Made by a program: the position numbers and the translations under genes
The notes under the pieces: model-generated
The model's input: the letters and a program-made list of their open reading frames with translations, nothing else
Databases searched by the model: none
What the model was told of the DNA's origin: nothing
In this document: positions 37,348 through 47,136 of the stretch, in pieces
How positions within the stretch are numbered: the first letter of the stretch is position 1
Layout of the letters: every line of letters begins with the position of its first letter
Assembly (NCBI GenBank): GCA_913774715.1
Contig: CAJYHS010000152.1
Location: 43,886 to 107,885 of the forward strand
From: an uncultured Siphonobacter sp.
GTDB taxonomy: Bacteria; Bacteroidota; Bacteroidia; Cytophagales; Spirosomataceae
Direction: 5' to 3'
Length of the DNA: 64,000 nt

Positions 37348-38319
37348 ATGAAACGACTGGTAAAAATCCTTGCCTTTACGGGAGTGGTATTGCTTGTGAT
37401 GATGATAATTGGGCTAAGCTACGTCAAACTAGCGCTTCCCGATGTGGGCCCGCCCCTAGAAATGAAAGTAGAGCGGATTACTGAGCGTATCGAGCGGGGA
37501 AAATACCTGGCTAATCACGTAGCCGTATGCATGGATTGCCATTCCACGCGTGATTTTAACCGTTTTTCAGGCCCCATGGTTAATGGCAGTCTGGGGAAGG
37601 GGGGAGGCGTCTTTTCCCAGGCCGAAGGATTTCCGGGTACATTTTATGCCAGAAATATTACGCCAGCAAATTTAGAAAGCTGGTCAGACGGAGAAATTTT
37701 TAGAGCCATTACTGCCGGGGTAAGTAAAGATGGGCACGCGTTGTTTCCCGTGATGCCATACCAATATTACGCCCAAATGGATCCGCAAGACATTAAAGAC
37801 ATCATCGCTTACCTAAGAAGTATTCCTGCCCTTGAAAATCAGGTACCTGAAAGTAAGCCAAGCTTTCCTTTCAACTTTATGATCAATACCATTCCTGCCA
37901 GGCCTGCCTTTCAGCAAAGGCCCGATGCCAGCGATGAGTTAGCCTACGGGGCTTATCTAACCAATGCCGCCGGATGCCGGGAGTGTCATTCCAAGGTAGT
38001 GAATGGAAAGGTAGTAAAAGAAACGGCTTTTGCCGGAGGTCGGGGTTTTAAAGCCCAGATGGGAACCTTATACAGTGCAAACCTGACGCCCGATGAAACG
38101 GGTTTGGGGGCTTGGCGTAAAGAAGACTTCATCGCCCGGTTTAAAACGTATACGGATTCAAGTGCAGCACCCCGTTTGCACATGGGAGATTTTCAAACGA
38201 TCATGCCTTGGACCATGTACGCGGGAATGAAAGAAGAGGACCTGGGGGCTATTTTTACGTATTTGAAAAGTCTTGATCCGATCTCTAACCAGGTGAATCG
38301 ATTTGAACTTAGCCAGTAA
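37348..38319 (+). CDS. Membrane-anchored di-heme c-type cytochrome
   Basis: An N-terminal TM helix and two CxxCH motifs (CMDCHS, CRECHS). Confidence 0.8.
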   Translation: MKRLVKILAFTGVVLLVMMIIGLSYVKLALPDVGPPLEMKVERITERIERGKYLANHVAVCMDCHSTRDFNRFSGPMVNGSLGKGGGVFSQAEGFPGTFYARNITPANLESWSDGEIFRAITAGVSKDGHALFPVMPYQYYAQMDPQDIKDIIAYLRSIPALENQVPESKPSFPFNFMINTIPARPAFQQRPDASDELAYGAYLTNAAGCRECHSKVVNGKVVKETAFAGGRGFKAQMGTLYSANLTPDETGLGAWRKEDFIARFKTYTDSSAAPRLHMGDFQTIMPWTMYAGMKEEDLGAIFTYLKSLDPISNQVNRFELSQ

Positions 38320-38353
38320 AAAAGCAGGTAAAAAGGAGTGATAATTTTTGAAA

Positions 38354-38387
38354 AGAAGCGGCTCAAGTGGCCGCTTCTCTCGTTTTT
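38354..38387. terminator. Bidirectional intrinsic terminator
   Basis: AGAAGCGGC-tcaagtg-GCCGCTTCT followed by CTCGTTTTT, with an A-rich tract upstream. It lies between convergent genes. Confidence 0.7.
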
Positions 38388-38403
38388 ATACCAGTACTAA
38401 AAA

Positions 38404-38595
38404 CTAGCGTGATTTTCTGATTTTCTTGCCACGGTTTTCACCCCATTCTTTTGCTTTCTCCGTAGCAATCGCAAGGGCCGCGTCTTCCGGTCGGCCTTGG
38501 GCTAGCAGGGCGTTGGCAATTTCAATGGCTTTGTTGCGAATGGGTGCCATGAAATTTTTTAAGGAGTCGGGATATTCAGATTTAGTCCAGGGCAT
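38404..38595 (-). CDS. Small conserved protein (63 aa; YdaT/ChaB-like, family uncertain)
   Basis: The ATG at 38595 gives MPWTKSEYPDSLKNFMAPIRNKAIEIANALLAQGRPEDAALAIATEKAKEWGENRGKKIRKSR. This resembles small conserved stress-protein N-termini I recall. The longer 118-aa ORF-track version has an implausible N-terminus. Confidence 0.5.
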   Translation of the reverse strand: MPWTKSEYPDSLKNFMAPIRNKAIEIANALLAQGRPEDAALAIATEKAKEWGENRGKKIRKSR

Positions 38596-38741
38596 TTTTT
38601 TATGGGTTGGTAGAGCAAAAGAGCGTCTCAAAAAACATACCAGAAAAAAGAAGGCCTTAACAGGACTGGGAAATGTTACAGAAATGATATTTTTTTGTAA
38701 GCATTTTTCAGCCTTATATTCGAGGTTAGAAATACCAATCA

Positions 38742-39347
38742 TTGAGTAAATCATTGACATACACGGACGATACAGAGCTCTGGCTTGCGTTTAAGCAAGG
38801 CGAACTGAATGCCTTTGAACAAATCTACCGAAAACATTTTTCCATGCTCCTTTCGTATGGAAAGCGGATTTCTAGTGACGTAGAGATGGTTGAAGATGCG
38901 ATTCAGGATGTATACGTAGAACTTTGGAAGCGTAGAGAAAACCTTAAGAGTTTACATACCATTAAGTTTTATTTATTTCGGGTACTGCGAAACCGTCTTT
39001 ATAACCTTCGTCAGGCGGATCTGCTGCTTCCCCAGGAAGACATTGACTTTCCAGAAGATCAAATCCCGGATTACTTCAGTCCCTCCATTGAGGCCCACTT
39101 AATTGAGGAAGAATCCACTACGCATCAGAATGCCCGTCTCAAACAAGCCATCAGCGACTTACCCAGTCGGCAGCGTGAGGCGGTATTACTGGCATTTTAC
39201 GACAATTTCGGAACCGAAGAAATTGCAGGAATTATGGGAATTAACCAGCAATCGGTTAACAATCACCTCAATAGAGCCTACAGCTCACTTCGTAAAATTC
39301 TGACGGATTCCATTATTCTGCTGTCATTTTTCTGCATCAATTTTTAA
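38742..39347 (+). CDS. ECF-type RNA polymerase sigma-70 factor
   Basis: Region 2 reads …VEDAIQDVYVELWKRRENL…. Region 4 reads …LPSRQREAVLLAFYDNFGTEEIAGIMGINQQSVNNHLNRA…. A FecR gene follows. It has a non-ATG (TTG) start. Confidence 0.8.
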   Translation: MSKSLTYTDDTELWLAFKQGELNAFEQIYRKHFSMLLSYGKRISSDVEMVEDAIQDVYVELWKRRENLKSLHTIKFYLFRVLRNRLYNLRQADLLLPQEDIDFPEDQIPDYFSPSIEAHLIEEESTTHQNARLKQAISDLPSRQREAVLLAFYDNFGTEEIAGIMGINQQSVNNHLNRAYSSLRKILTDSIILLSFFCINF

Positions 39348-39459
39348 GGGTATTTCTGCTTTCTGGCCTCTAGAAGTCCAATTATTAGAAAAAATAATTT
39401 AAAAAACTGAGTTGAGACCGCAGAACCACTGCTATCTCTACTAGAAACGCTCGTAGTAC

Positions 39460-40548
39460 ATGGATCAAAAGCCTGACTCACAGGAAGAATTTCTTCGCAA
39501 TCCATCTTTCCTTAAATGGGTAAAAAATCCCGATGAATCGACCTCGATTTACTGGGAAAACTACCTGCGTGAACACCCCGAGCAAAAAGAAAAAATTAAC
39601 CAGGCTATCGAGTCAATTAAACGCTTGAGCCGGGCCAGTCAGGAATTAGCTGAAGTTTCAGAGGTGTCTGCTCAGGAAGAGCAGATTTGGCAGCGAGTAA
39701 AAAGCCAGATTGAAATACCCGTCCTTAGGAAACGTTCGTATTGGGGTTGGGCCGCTGCCGCAGCGGTAGTGCTGGCGGGTGGACTGCTTTGGAGCAATCT
39801 TGAAGAGCCTTCTGTACCTATTGGACAAACGATTGCTCAGCAACCTAGTATTCCCGTCACCGACTCGGTGATGATTAGTAATTCCGAGCAGAAACCACGG
39901 CTCGTCTCCCTGCCCGATGGTAGTTCAGTTATTCTTCAAAAAGGAAGTAACCTTCGTTACGAAAATCCATTTCCCAAGGAATCTCGCCCCGTTGCTCTTT
40001 CAGGTGAAGCCTATTTTGAGGTAGTTAAGGATGCCCATAAGCCGTTTACAGTCTATGCCAATGGACTAGTGGCTAAGGTATTGGGCACCAGCTTTAACGT
40101 AAAAGCGTATCAAAAGGATGCCAGCGTCATTGTCACGGTTCGTACGGGTAAAGTCTCAGTAACGCCGGAACAATCGGTAGAAACTACTCAAGTGAAGTCC
40201 GAGAATATGGTACTTACGCCCAACGAACAAGTGGTCTTTACTATTAAAGAATCCAAGATGTTCCGCAGTCCGGTAAATGCCTTAGCCGAGCGCAAGACCT
40301 TCGTGATTCGTCCGGTGAATCTGGTCTTTAACGCCGTGCCCGCTGGGGATGTGTTTACCGAGATTGAAAAAGCGTATGGGATTAAGGTGGTTTTTAAAGA
40401 TCCTACGCTTCAAAATTGTCGCATTACTACGGATTTAAAAGAGGGAACCCTCTCGCAGAAACTAGATATTATTTGCAAAACCCTGGAAGCTACCTGGAAC
40501 ACAGAAGCTGAATATGTGGCCGTTACGGGCCGGGGTTGTCGTCCTTAA
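39460..40548 (+). CDS. FecR-family anti-sigma/sensor protein
   Basis: 362 aa with a single TM (WGWAAAAAVVLAGGLLW) and a FecR-like periplasmic domain (…LPDGSSVILQKGSNLRY…GEAYFEV…PFTVYANGLVAKVLGTSFNV…). Confidence 0.85.
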   Translation: MDQKPDSQEEFLRNPSFLKWVKNPDESTSIYWENYLREHPEQKEKINQAIESIKRLSRASQELAEVSEVSAQEEQIWQRVKSQIEIPVLRKRSYWGWAAAAAVVLAGGLLWSNLEEPSVPIGQTIAQQPSIPVTDSVMISNSEQKPRLVSLPDGSSVILQKGSNLRYENPFPKESRPVALSGEAYFEVVKDAHKPFTVYANGLVAKVLGTSFNVKAYQKDASVIVTVRTGKVSVTPEQSVETTQVKSENMVLTPNEQVVFTIKESKMFRSPVNALAERKTFVIRPVNLVFNAVPAGDVFTEIEKAYGIKVVFKDPTLQNCRITTDLKEGTLSQKLDIICKTLEATWNTEAEYVAVTGRGCRP

Positions 40549-40756
40549 ACATTCATTACCTAAACCATACACTAAACAAACCGCTTTTATTGACTACATG
40601 CCGTAATACCTCTTGCTAACGTAAAAAGAAGCCAGCGGTGTCCTACCACCACTGACTTCCAAACAATCCCCTTTCAAGCTGTCCTACTGCCCATCCGCAT
40701 TCACGGATGCAGGGATCTATTTGTGTTTTTCGATTAAAAAAAACCATTTCAAATGT

Positions 40757-43700
40757 ATGAAACAACCGTTATTTTCCAAAGAGATTGGGTGGAAGATCAT
40801 GCGATTAACAGTACTCCAATTCTTTATCGTAGCCTTGTTTACCAATGCGTCGCTAGCCCTAGACAGTCGGGCTCAGGAGGTGTTAAATAAAAAGATTTCG
40901 GTAGAGTTAAGCAACAAGAGTGTAAGCGAAGTCCTTTCCCAGATTGAAAAGGCCGCAAACATTAAATTTTCTTATAGCCCAGATCTGATTCAATCGCAGC
41001 GTTCAGTGAATTTAAACGCCGCCAATGAGCGTCTGGATCTGGTGCTTCGTCGTTTATTCCAACCGCTTCAAATCAAATTTGAATTGGTGGGGAACCGCTT
41101 TATTCTTACCCGTGCCAACCGCATGGAGCCTACCTTTATTGATCGGTATATCACCCTTGTCATGCCCAGCAAGCTTGAGAGTGGTCGTCCACTGATTACC
41201 GTAACGGGTCAGATTACGGATGAAACGGGTGGGCCGGTTCCCAGTGCAACCATCCTTTTAAAAGGTACGCCTAATGTGGGAACGGTCACGAATGCGGATG
41301 GCCGTTATACGCTGAATATCCCCGATGGAAATGCTACGATCGTGGTTTCCTCGATTGGATACGTAGCTCAGGAAATTCAGGTAGCCAACCGCACCACGAT
41401 TGATGTCGTATTAAAATCAGACATCAAGTCTTTAAATGAAGTCGTGGTAGTTGGGTATGGTACACAGCGTCGCCAGGAAGTTACTTCGGCCGTATCTACC
41501 ATCAAGACGGAAGATTTTAACCAGGGTGGTACGCGTAGTCCCATGGATTTGATCCAGGGTAAGGTAGCGGGTCTTCAAATTACCCGTAACCAAGGTAACA
41601 ACCCAAACTCTGCCGCTTCCATTCAGCTGCGTGGTATCGTTTCAATCAATGGCGACCGTCAACCTTTAATTGTTATTGACGGTATTCCTGGGGGTAACCT
41701 GGATCTTCTTCAGCAAGATGATATTGCTTCTTTTGATGTATTAAAAGATGGTTCAGCGGCGGCTATCTACGGTACTCGGGGTAACGCCGGGGTAATTTTG
41801 ATTACCACTAAAAAAGGTAAAGAAGGTCCCGCTCGTTTAACGTATTCTTCCTACGTTCAGCACGAAGTAATCTCTAAGCGTCCTAACTTTTTGAACGCTG
41901 ATGAATGGCGGGCAGCCATGAGAGATCCCAATAACCCTAAGGCCAGCCAAATGCGGGATTTAGGTGCCAATACGGATTTCTACGATTTACTCATGGATAA
42001 AGGTAACTTGAGTCAGTACCATAACTTAGCTCTCTCGGGTGGAACGGCCAGTAGCAATTACCGGGTTTCCATGTATTACAATGAGGCTAATCCGATTCGC
42101 CGGGAAAACTGGCGTAAGCAATTTGGGGGCCGTTTGAGCTTTAACCAGAAGTCTTTAAATAACTTGTTAAGCACTCAGGTTAACTTATCGACTAACTTTA
42201 ATAAAGCCAATATCCTCTTGCTCAATAACGATGGTACTGTAAATAATGATGATCTAGAGAATGCCTTAGGTCGTAACCCTACGCAGCCCGTTTTTGACAG
42301 CACGGGACGCTATTATGAAGAAGGATCGACGGTTAACCCCTTGGGACGTTTGGCCCAGGAGAAAAAACGCCGGGATCAACAAACGACTTCTGGTGATGTA
42401 CGCTTTACGTTGGAGCCTTTCAAAGGATTCAAAGCCAGTGCATTCGGAGCTATCCAGCAAAATACCATCAATGATAACGAGTATCGTCAACGTAATTCAC
42501 GTTCCTCCATACTCGACAATTTGAATGGTACCCCTATTAATGGTGCAGGTTACGCTCGTAAATACAACTTCACTGGTACGCAAACTACGTTTGAATCCAC
42601 GCTGGAATACGAGACTAAGTTTGCTCAGGACCATGGATTTAAAGCCTTGGCGGGCTACAGTTACCAGTACTACGTAGAGTCTAACTTTTCGGCTACCAAT
42701 AGTGGGTTCCTGAATGATCTTTTCCAGGAAAATAACTTAGGAGCTGGTAACTTTTTAGCCCTGGGTAAATCATCTCTAAGTAGCTTTAAGCAGGATAACA
42801 CCCTGATTGCCTTCTTTGGTCGTTTAAACTACGACTATAAAGGTAAATACATCGCTCAGTTCATTTTACGCCGTGAAGGTTCATCCCGCTTTGGAGCCAA
42901 TAACAAGTTTGGTAACTTCCCCGCTGCTTCAGTAGGCTGGAATCTGGCTCAGGAAAATTTCATCAAATCCGTTCGCGTATTTGATGACTTAAAACTCCGG
43001 GCAGGGTATGGTATCACGGGTAACCAAGGTATTCCTAACTACCGCTCACTGGTACGTTTGAGTACGGGTAACTTCTACTTAAATGATGATGGCGTATGGC
43101 GTCAAACCTACGGACCTTCTAATAACCCCAACCCGAATCTTCGCTGGGAGCGTAAGGCTGAATTCAACGTCGGTTTGGATTTCGCTTTATTCAGAGGTCG
43201 TTTAAGTGGTACCTTTGACGTATATCGCCGCCGCACCACGGATCTGTTGGGTGACTTTAACACTCAGTTACCTCCTTACATCCAGGCTACCCTGTTTACC
43301 AACGTGGGTACCATTGATAACAACGGTATCGAGTTAAGTCTGAGTGGTTCAGTAATTAAGAAGAAAGACTTTAGCTGGAATGTCGACTTAGTAGGAAGCA
43401 CGCAGAAAAACCGTCTGGTATCGCTTTCCAGTGATGTGTTTAAAGCAACGTTCCTGAACTTCGGTTCAATCGGTGGAACGGGTGCTTTGGGTGATGCCAT
43501 CCGTACGATTGAAGGTGGATCGCTGGGTAGCTTCTACGGCAAGCGTTTTGCAGGGTTTACTCCCGAAGGAAAGTGGTTGTTCTATAAAGCTTCAGGAGAG
43601 GCCGTAACAGCCGATAAAATTGTAGCTAACGAAGATTACGCCTACATCGGTAACGGTATTCCTAAGGTGTATTTATCCTGGAATAACAACCTGCGCTACA

Positions 43701-44107
43701 AGAACTTCGATTTGACGGTATTCTTCCGTAGCAAGTTGGGCTATGATATTCTCAACCTGCAACAAGTATTCTTTGGTAATAAAGTATACTTGCCTACCAA
43801 CGTACTCAATGACGCCTTGGGCCGTAACAATCAGATCAACGATGCGCTTCAGTATTCTGATTATTACCTGGAGCCCGGTGGATTTGTTAAGTTAGATAAC
43901 GTGACGTTAGGCTACAATTTGAAATTCAAATCTCCAGTTATTCAAAATCTACGGATTTATGCCACGGGTCGTAACCTGGCTACCATCACTAAATACCGTG
44001 GAATGGATCCGGAAATCGAAGATACGGGCCTGGCCCCAGGTATTGACGGACGTGGTTTCTACCCACGTACGCAATCATTCACGCTTGGTCTAAATGTTCA
44101 ATTCTAA
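40757..44107 (+). CDS. SusC/RagA-family TonB-dependent receptor with N-terminal STN signalling domain (transducer)
   Basis: The STN-like segment reads ISVELSNKSVSEVLSQIEKAANIKFSY…FELVGNRFILT. Then come CarboxypepD_reg (ITVTGQITDETGGPVPSATILLKGT…), NEVVVVGYGTQRRQE, a plug and a barrel. The start is taken at ATG 40757. Confidence 0.9.
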   Translation: MKQPLFSKEIGWKIMRLTVLQFFIVALFTNASLALDSRAQEVLNKKISVELSNKSVSEVLSQIEKAANIKFSYSPDLIQSQRSVNLNAANERLDLVLRRLFQPLQIKFELVGNRFILTRANRMEPTFIDRYITLVMPSKLESGRPLITVTGQITDETGGPVPSATILLKGTPNVGTVTNADGRYTLNIPDGNATIVVSSIGYVAQEIQVANRTTIDVVLKSDIKSLNEVVVVGYGTQRRQEVTSAVSTIKTEDFNQGGTRSPMDLIQGKVAGLQITRNQGNNPNSAASIQLRGIVSINGDRQPLIVIDGIPGGNLDLLQQDDIASFDVLKDGSAAAIYGTRGNAGVILITTKKGKEGPARLTYSSYVQHEVISKRPNFLNADEWRAAMRDPNNPKASQMRDLGANTDFYDLLMDKGNLSQYHNLALSGGTASSNYRVSMYYNEANPIRRENWRKQFGGRLSFNQKSLNNLLSTQVNLSTNFNKANILLLNNDGTVNNDDLENALGRNPTQPVFDSTGRYYEEGSTVNPLGRLAQEKKRRDQQTTSGDVRFTLEPFKGFKASAFGAIQQNTINDNEYRQRNSRSSILDNLNGTPINGAGYARKYNFTGTQTTFESTLEYETKFAQDHGFKALAGYSYQYYVESNFSATNSGFLNDLFQENNLGAGNFLALGKSSLSSFKQDNTLIAFFGRLNYDYKGKYIAQFILRREGSSRFGANNKFGNFPAASVGWNLAQENFIKSVRVFDDLKLRAGYGITGNQGIPNYRSLVRLSTGNFYLNDDGVWRQTYGPSNNPNPNLRWERKAEFNVGLDFALFRGRLSGTFDVYRRRTTDLLGDFNTQLPPYIQATLFTNVGTIDNNGIELSLSGSVIKKKDFSWNVDLVGSTQKNRLVSLSSDVFKATFLNFGSIGGTGALGDAIRTIEGGSLGSFYGKRFAGFTPEGKWLFYKASGEAVTADKIVANEDYAYIGNGIPKVYLSWNNNLRYKNFDLTVFFRSKLGYDILNLQQVFFGNKVYLPTNVLNDALGRNNQINDALQYSDYYLEPGGFVKLDNVTLGYNLKFKSPVIQNLRIYATGRNLATITKYRGMDPEIEDTGLAPGIDGRGFYPRTQSFTLGLNVQF

Positions 44108-44120
44108 TCTCGAAGTTTAA

Positions 44121-45746
44121 ATGAAACGTTACTATAAAGGGCTTGCATTTGCGGGCTTGCTGGCGATTCTCTCGGGTACGAATGCCTGTACAAACCTGGA
44201 CGAGACGCTATACAATGAAATTGATGCTTCTGCATTCTATAATAACCGTCAGGAAATTCTAGCGGCGGTATTACGTCCCTATACGCACGCCAATGCCTGG
44301 ACGGCTCCCACTTCGCAAAATGGTCACTGGCGGATTACCGAACTCTCGGCCGATCAGTTAGCCTGGCCGCAGAAAGGTCGTCACGGCTACGATGATGCTC
44401 AGTGGATTCGTCTACACGGTCACAGCTGGTCGTATACGGAAAACACGGTATGGAACCCGTATAACCTGATGTTTACGGGTGTGGGCTTTTGTAACAACGC
44501 TCTGGGAGATTTTACCCGCGTGGATTTCGCTAAAGCGGGCGTAAGTGAAACGGATAAGAACGCTTTCATTTCCGAATTACGCGTATTTAGAGCTTATCAC
44601 TACATGAAGCTCATGGACATGTTCGGAAACATTCCCATCGTGACTACGGTAGGAACGCCAACAAGTCCTGAGACGCGTCCCCGGGCGGAAGTATTCGCTT
44701 TCATTGAAAAAGAACTCAAAGAAAGCGTAGACCTACTGCCTAATTTGGAACAAAAGTACATTGGCCGTATTACCAAAGCCGCGGGTTACGCTATGCTGGC
44801 TGAGTTATACCTGAACGCCGAAGTGTGGTCGGGAACGCCTCGCTGGGATGATTGTATTGCAGCCTGCGATAAAATCATCAACGGTCAGACGGGCGGTTTG
44901 AACGGAGCTCCCGTACTGGATGCTGATCTGGTTTCTACCTATAATAATACCAACAATAACTCGAAAGAAATCCTCTTTCAGTTGGTATACGATGCTCAGT
45001 TAACGTCTACGCGTTGCGGTTGGAGCGGTGATTTTTATCACTTCAACCAACGTTTTATTTATGATGGCGATGCTAACGGTAACAATGGGGTAGTAGTGAT
45101 TCCTTCAGCTTACGATGCTTTTAGTGATAAGGATCTTCGCAAAAAAGAGTGGTTTTTAATTGGCCCTCAATTCTACGCCGCTGATCCTACTCGCCCGGTA
45201 TTAGGCACGGAAGAATACAAAGACCAGCAACTCGTATTCGTAAAGGAAATCCAACGCAAGAGCGAAAATGGAACGGCCTCGAGCATGATTACGGGTGAAG
45301 AAAACAGCGGGGCTCGCTTTAACAAGTACCGTCCCGGTCGTCAGTCAGAGCCTAAGTATTGGAGCAATGACTGGTCACTCTACCGTTTATCGGAAATCTA
45401 TTACAACAAAGCCGAAGCTCTCATGCGTAAGAGTGGTGGTCAGGCCACGGGCGAAGCCCTGACGCTGGTGAACGCTGTTCGCAAACGGGCCTTTGCTGCC
45501 GCTGACTTTGTGCCTTACACGACTGCTAGCTTAACGCTGGATGAAATGCTGGCTGAACGCGGTCGCGAGTTCATCTTTGAAGGCAAGCGCCGGGCAGACT
45601 TGATCCGTTTTGGTAAGTTCACAACGGGCTCCTGGTGGGATCATACTCCTACTAATGATGCTAATAAGAATATTTATCCCATTCCGCAGCGTCAGCTGGC
45701 AGCTAACCCCAATCTCAAGCAGAATCCGGGTTACCCTGCTCAGTAA
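44121..45746 (+). CDS. SusD/RagB-family nutrient-binding lipoprotein
   Basis: Lipobox LSGTNAC. SusD-like motifs are present (…YRLSEIYYNKAEALMR…, …ERGREFIFEGKRRADLIRFGKF…). Confidence 0.85.
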   Translation: MKRYYKGLAFAGLLAILSGTNACTNLDETLYNEIDASAFYNNRQEILAAVLRPYTHANAWTAPTSQNGHWRITELSADQLAWPQKGRHGYDDAQWIRLHGHSWSYTENTVWNPYNLMFTGVGFCNNALGDFTRVDFAKAGVSETDKNAFISELRVFRAYHYMKLMDMFGNIPIVTTVGTPTSPETRPRAEVFAFIEKELKESVDLLPNLEQKYIGRITKAAGYAMLAELYLNAEVWSGTPRWDDCIAACDKIINGQTGGLNGAPVLDADLVSTYNNTNNNSKEILFQLVYDAQLTSTRCGWSGDFYHFNQRFIYDGDANGNNGVVVIPSAYDAFSDKDLRKKEWFLIGPQFYAADPTRPVLGTEEYKDQQLVFVKEIQRKSENGTASSMITGEENSGARFNKYRPGRQSEPKYWSNDWSLYRLSEIYYNKAEALMRKSGGQATGEALTLVNAVRKRAFAAADFVPYTTASLTLDEMLAERGREFIFEGKRRADLIRFGKFTTGSWWDHTPTNDANKNIYPIPQRQLAANPNLKQNPGYPAQ

Positions 45747-45760
45747 TAAATACCATGAAA

Positions 45761-45794
45761 GTGATTGGGCTAATGGCCCAATCACTTTTGTTTT
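45761..45794 (+). terminator. Intrinsic terminator after SusD
   Basis: GTGATTGGGC-taatg-GCCCAATCAC followed by TTTTGTTTT. Confidence 0.75.
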
Positions 45795-45918
45795 GAGTCT
45801 TTTGAAATGATATGTCCAGGATTCATCAAGTAATCCTAACCTCATCCTGCTTTCCTCTAAAAGTTAGGCCTAACGCCCAAAGTATAAAACTTTACCCGCG
45901 TTCATTGCCAGTTAAATT

Positions 45919-45955
45919 AAAAGTGTTCATTTCTTGGGGAATGAACACTTTTTTT
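45919..45955 (+). terminator. Second, gene-less intrinsic terminator 30 nt upstream of the MOSC gene (possible attenuator or sRNA terminator)
   Basis: AAAAGTGTTCATT-tcttgggg-AATGAACACTTTTTTT: a 13-bp perfect stem whose 3' arm runs straight on into the 7-T run at 45949-45955. No ORF lies between it and the previous terminator. Confidence 0.6.
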
Positions 45956-45985
45956 ATGGACTTTAATTAAAAATAAACATACGTT

Positions 45986-46477
45986 ATGGCAGAAGAAAAA
46001 CCCATGCAGGCCTTAATGAATCACTTTGCCCAGCCGGGTAAACTCGAGTGGATTGGCCTAAGAACGGGCCCTCGAAAAGCGGTAGTGGGTACTCAAAAAG
46101 CCTACGTACGCATCGGGACGGGTCTGGATGGAGATCGCTATAAAGGTCAGCCTGAAAGCAAGCGGCAGGTTACCCTTATTTCCTGGGAGCATTTGCAGGC
46201 AGTGGCTTCCTTCTTGGGTAAAGACCACATTGATCCAGCGGATGTGCGAAGAAATTTACTGGTGACGGGCGTTAATCTGCACGCTTTAAAAGACAAGCGT
46301 TTTCAAATTGGGGAAGTCATCTTCGAATACACCGGCGAATGCCACCCCTGTAGTCGAATGGAAGAAGTGCTCGGCCTTGGAGGCTATAACGCCATGCGAA
46401 GCCACGGCGGTATTACGGCCAAGGTTATTGAGGAAGGCGAAATTAAAGTGGGTGATGCTTTAGTGGTGGTGCGTTAA
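45986..46477 (+). CDS. MOSC domain-containing protein
   Basis: 163 aa. …RQVTLISWEHLQ…RRNLLVTGVNL…GECHPCSRMEE… contains the conserved MOSC cysteine context. Confidence 0.8.
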   Translation: MAEEKPMQALMNHFAQPGKLEWIGLRTGPRKAVVGTQKAYVRIGTGLDGDRYKGQPESKRQVTLISWEHLQAVASFLGKDHIDPADVRRNLLVTGVNLHALKDKRFQIGEVIFEYTGECHPCSRMEEVLGLGGYNAMRSHGGITAKVIEEGEIKVGDALVVVR

Positions 46478-46577
46478 TTAGGCACACTACTGCTGTTTTA
46501 ACTCAATCTGAATTAAGAACCTCTGATAAGGAAAGCCCGGCAGAGTGCTTACTTTTGTACTTTATCTACCAACGAGC

Positions 46578-46883
46578 ATGAAGTACAAAAAACACGTTTT
46601 CATCTGTACCAATCAAAAACCAGCCCCCAAGCGTTCTTGCGGAGAAGAAAGAGGGATGGCTTTAGTTGATGCCTTTAAAGAGGGCTTAAAAAACCGGGGA
46701 TTACACATTGAGATTCGGGCTCAAAAGACGGGTTGTCTGGACGTGTGTGCCTTTGGCCCTTCCCTGGTAGTCTACCCGGAGGGAGTGTTTTACGGAAATG
46801 TCCAATTATCAGATGTCGAAGAAATCATTGAAAGTCATCTTGTCAATGATCAGCCCGTCGAACGGCTCAAACTCGCCGTTTAG
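46578..46883 (+). CDS. Thioredoxin-like (2Fe-2S) ferredoxin domain protein
   Basis: The ATG at 46578 gives MKYKKHVFICTNQKPAPKRSCGEERG…TGCLDVCAFGPSLVVYPEGVFYG, with four Cys in the typical spacing. Confidence 0.75.
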   Translation: MKYKKHVFICTNQKPAPKRSCGEERGMALVDAFKEGLKNRGLHIEIRAQKTGCLDVCAFGPSLVVYPEGVFYGNVQLSDVEEIIESHLVNDQPVERLKLAV

Positions 46884-46903
46884 CTCATTTAAAAATAGCG
46901 CTG

Positions 46904-46939
46904 ACAGTCCATGAACTAAAAATCATGGGCTGTTTTTTT
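46904..46939 (+). terminator. Intrinsic terminator
   Basis: ACAGTCCATGA-actaaaaa-TCATGGGCTGT (one mismatch) followed by T7. Confidence 0.7.
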
Positions 46940-47136
46940 ATGCTCATTTTAAAAATTGGGTAACTATTTCTACCATTTCTACAGTTGGGGAATTTTGAAT
47001 TATGACCAGATGGAAGCCTTGAAAACCAGTATTTTATTGAATAATTAACATATTTTAATTGAGTCTAAAACCCTTTGAGCATCTAAGGCCAAGCTTTTTT
47101 TCGTAGGTAAATCCGTAATCAATCTTTAGTAAAGCC

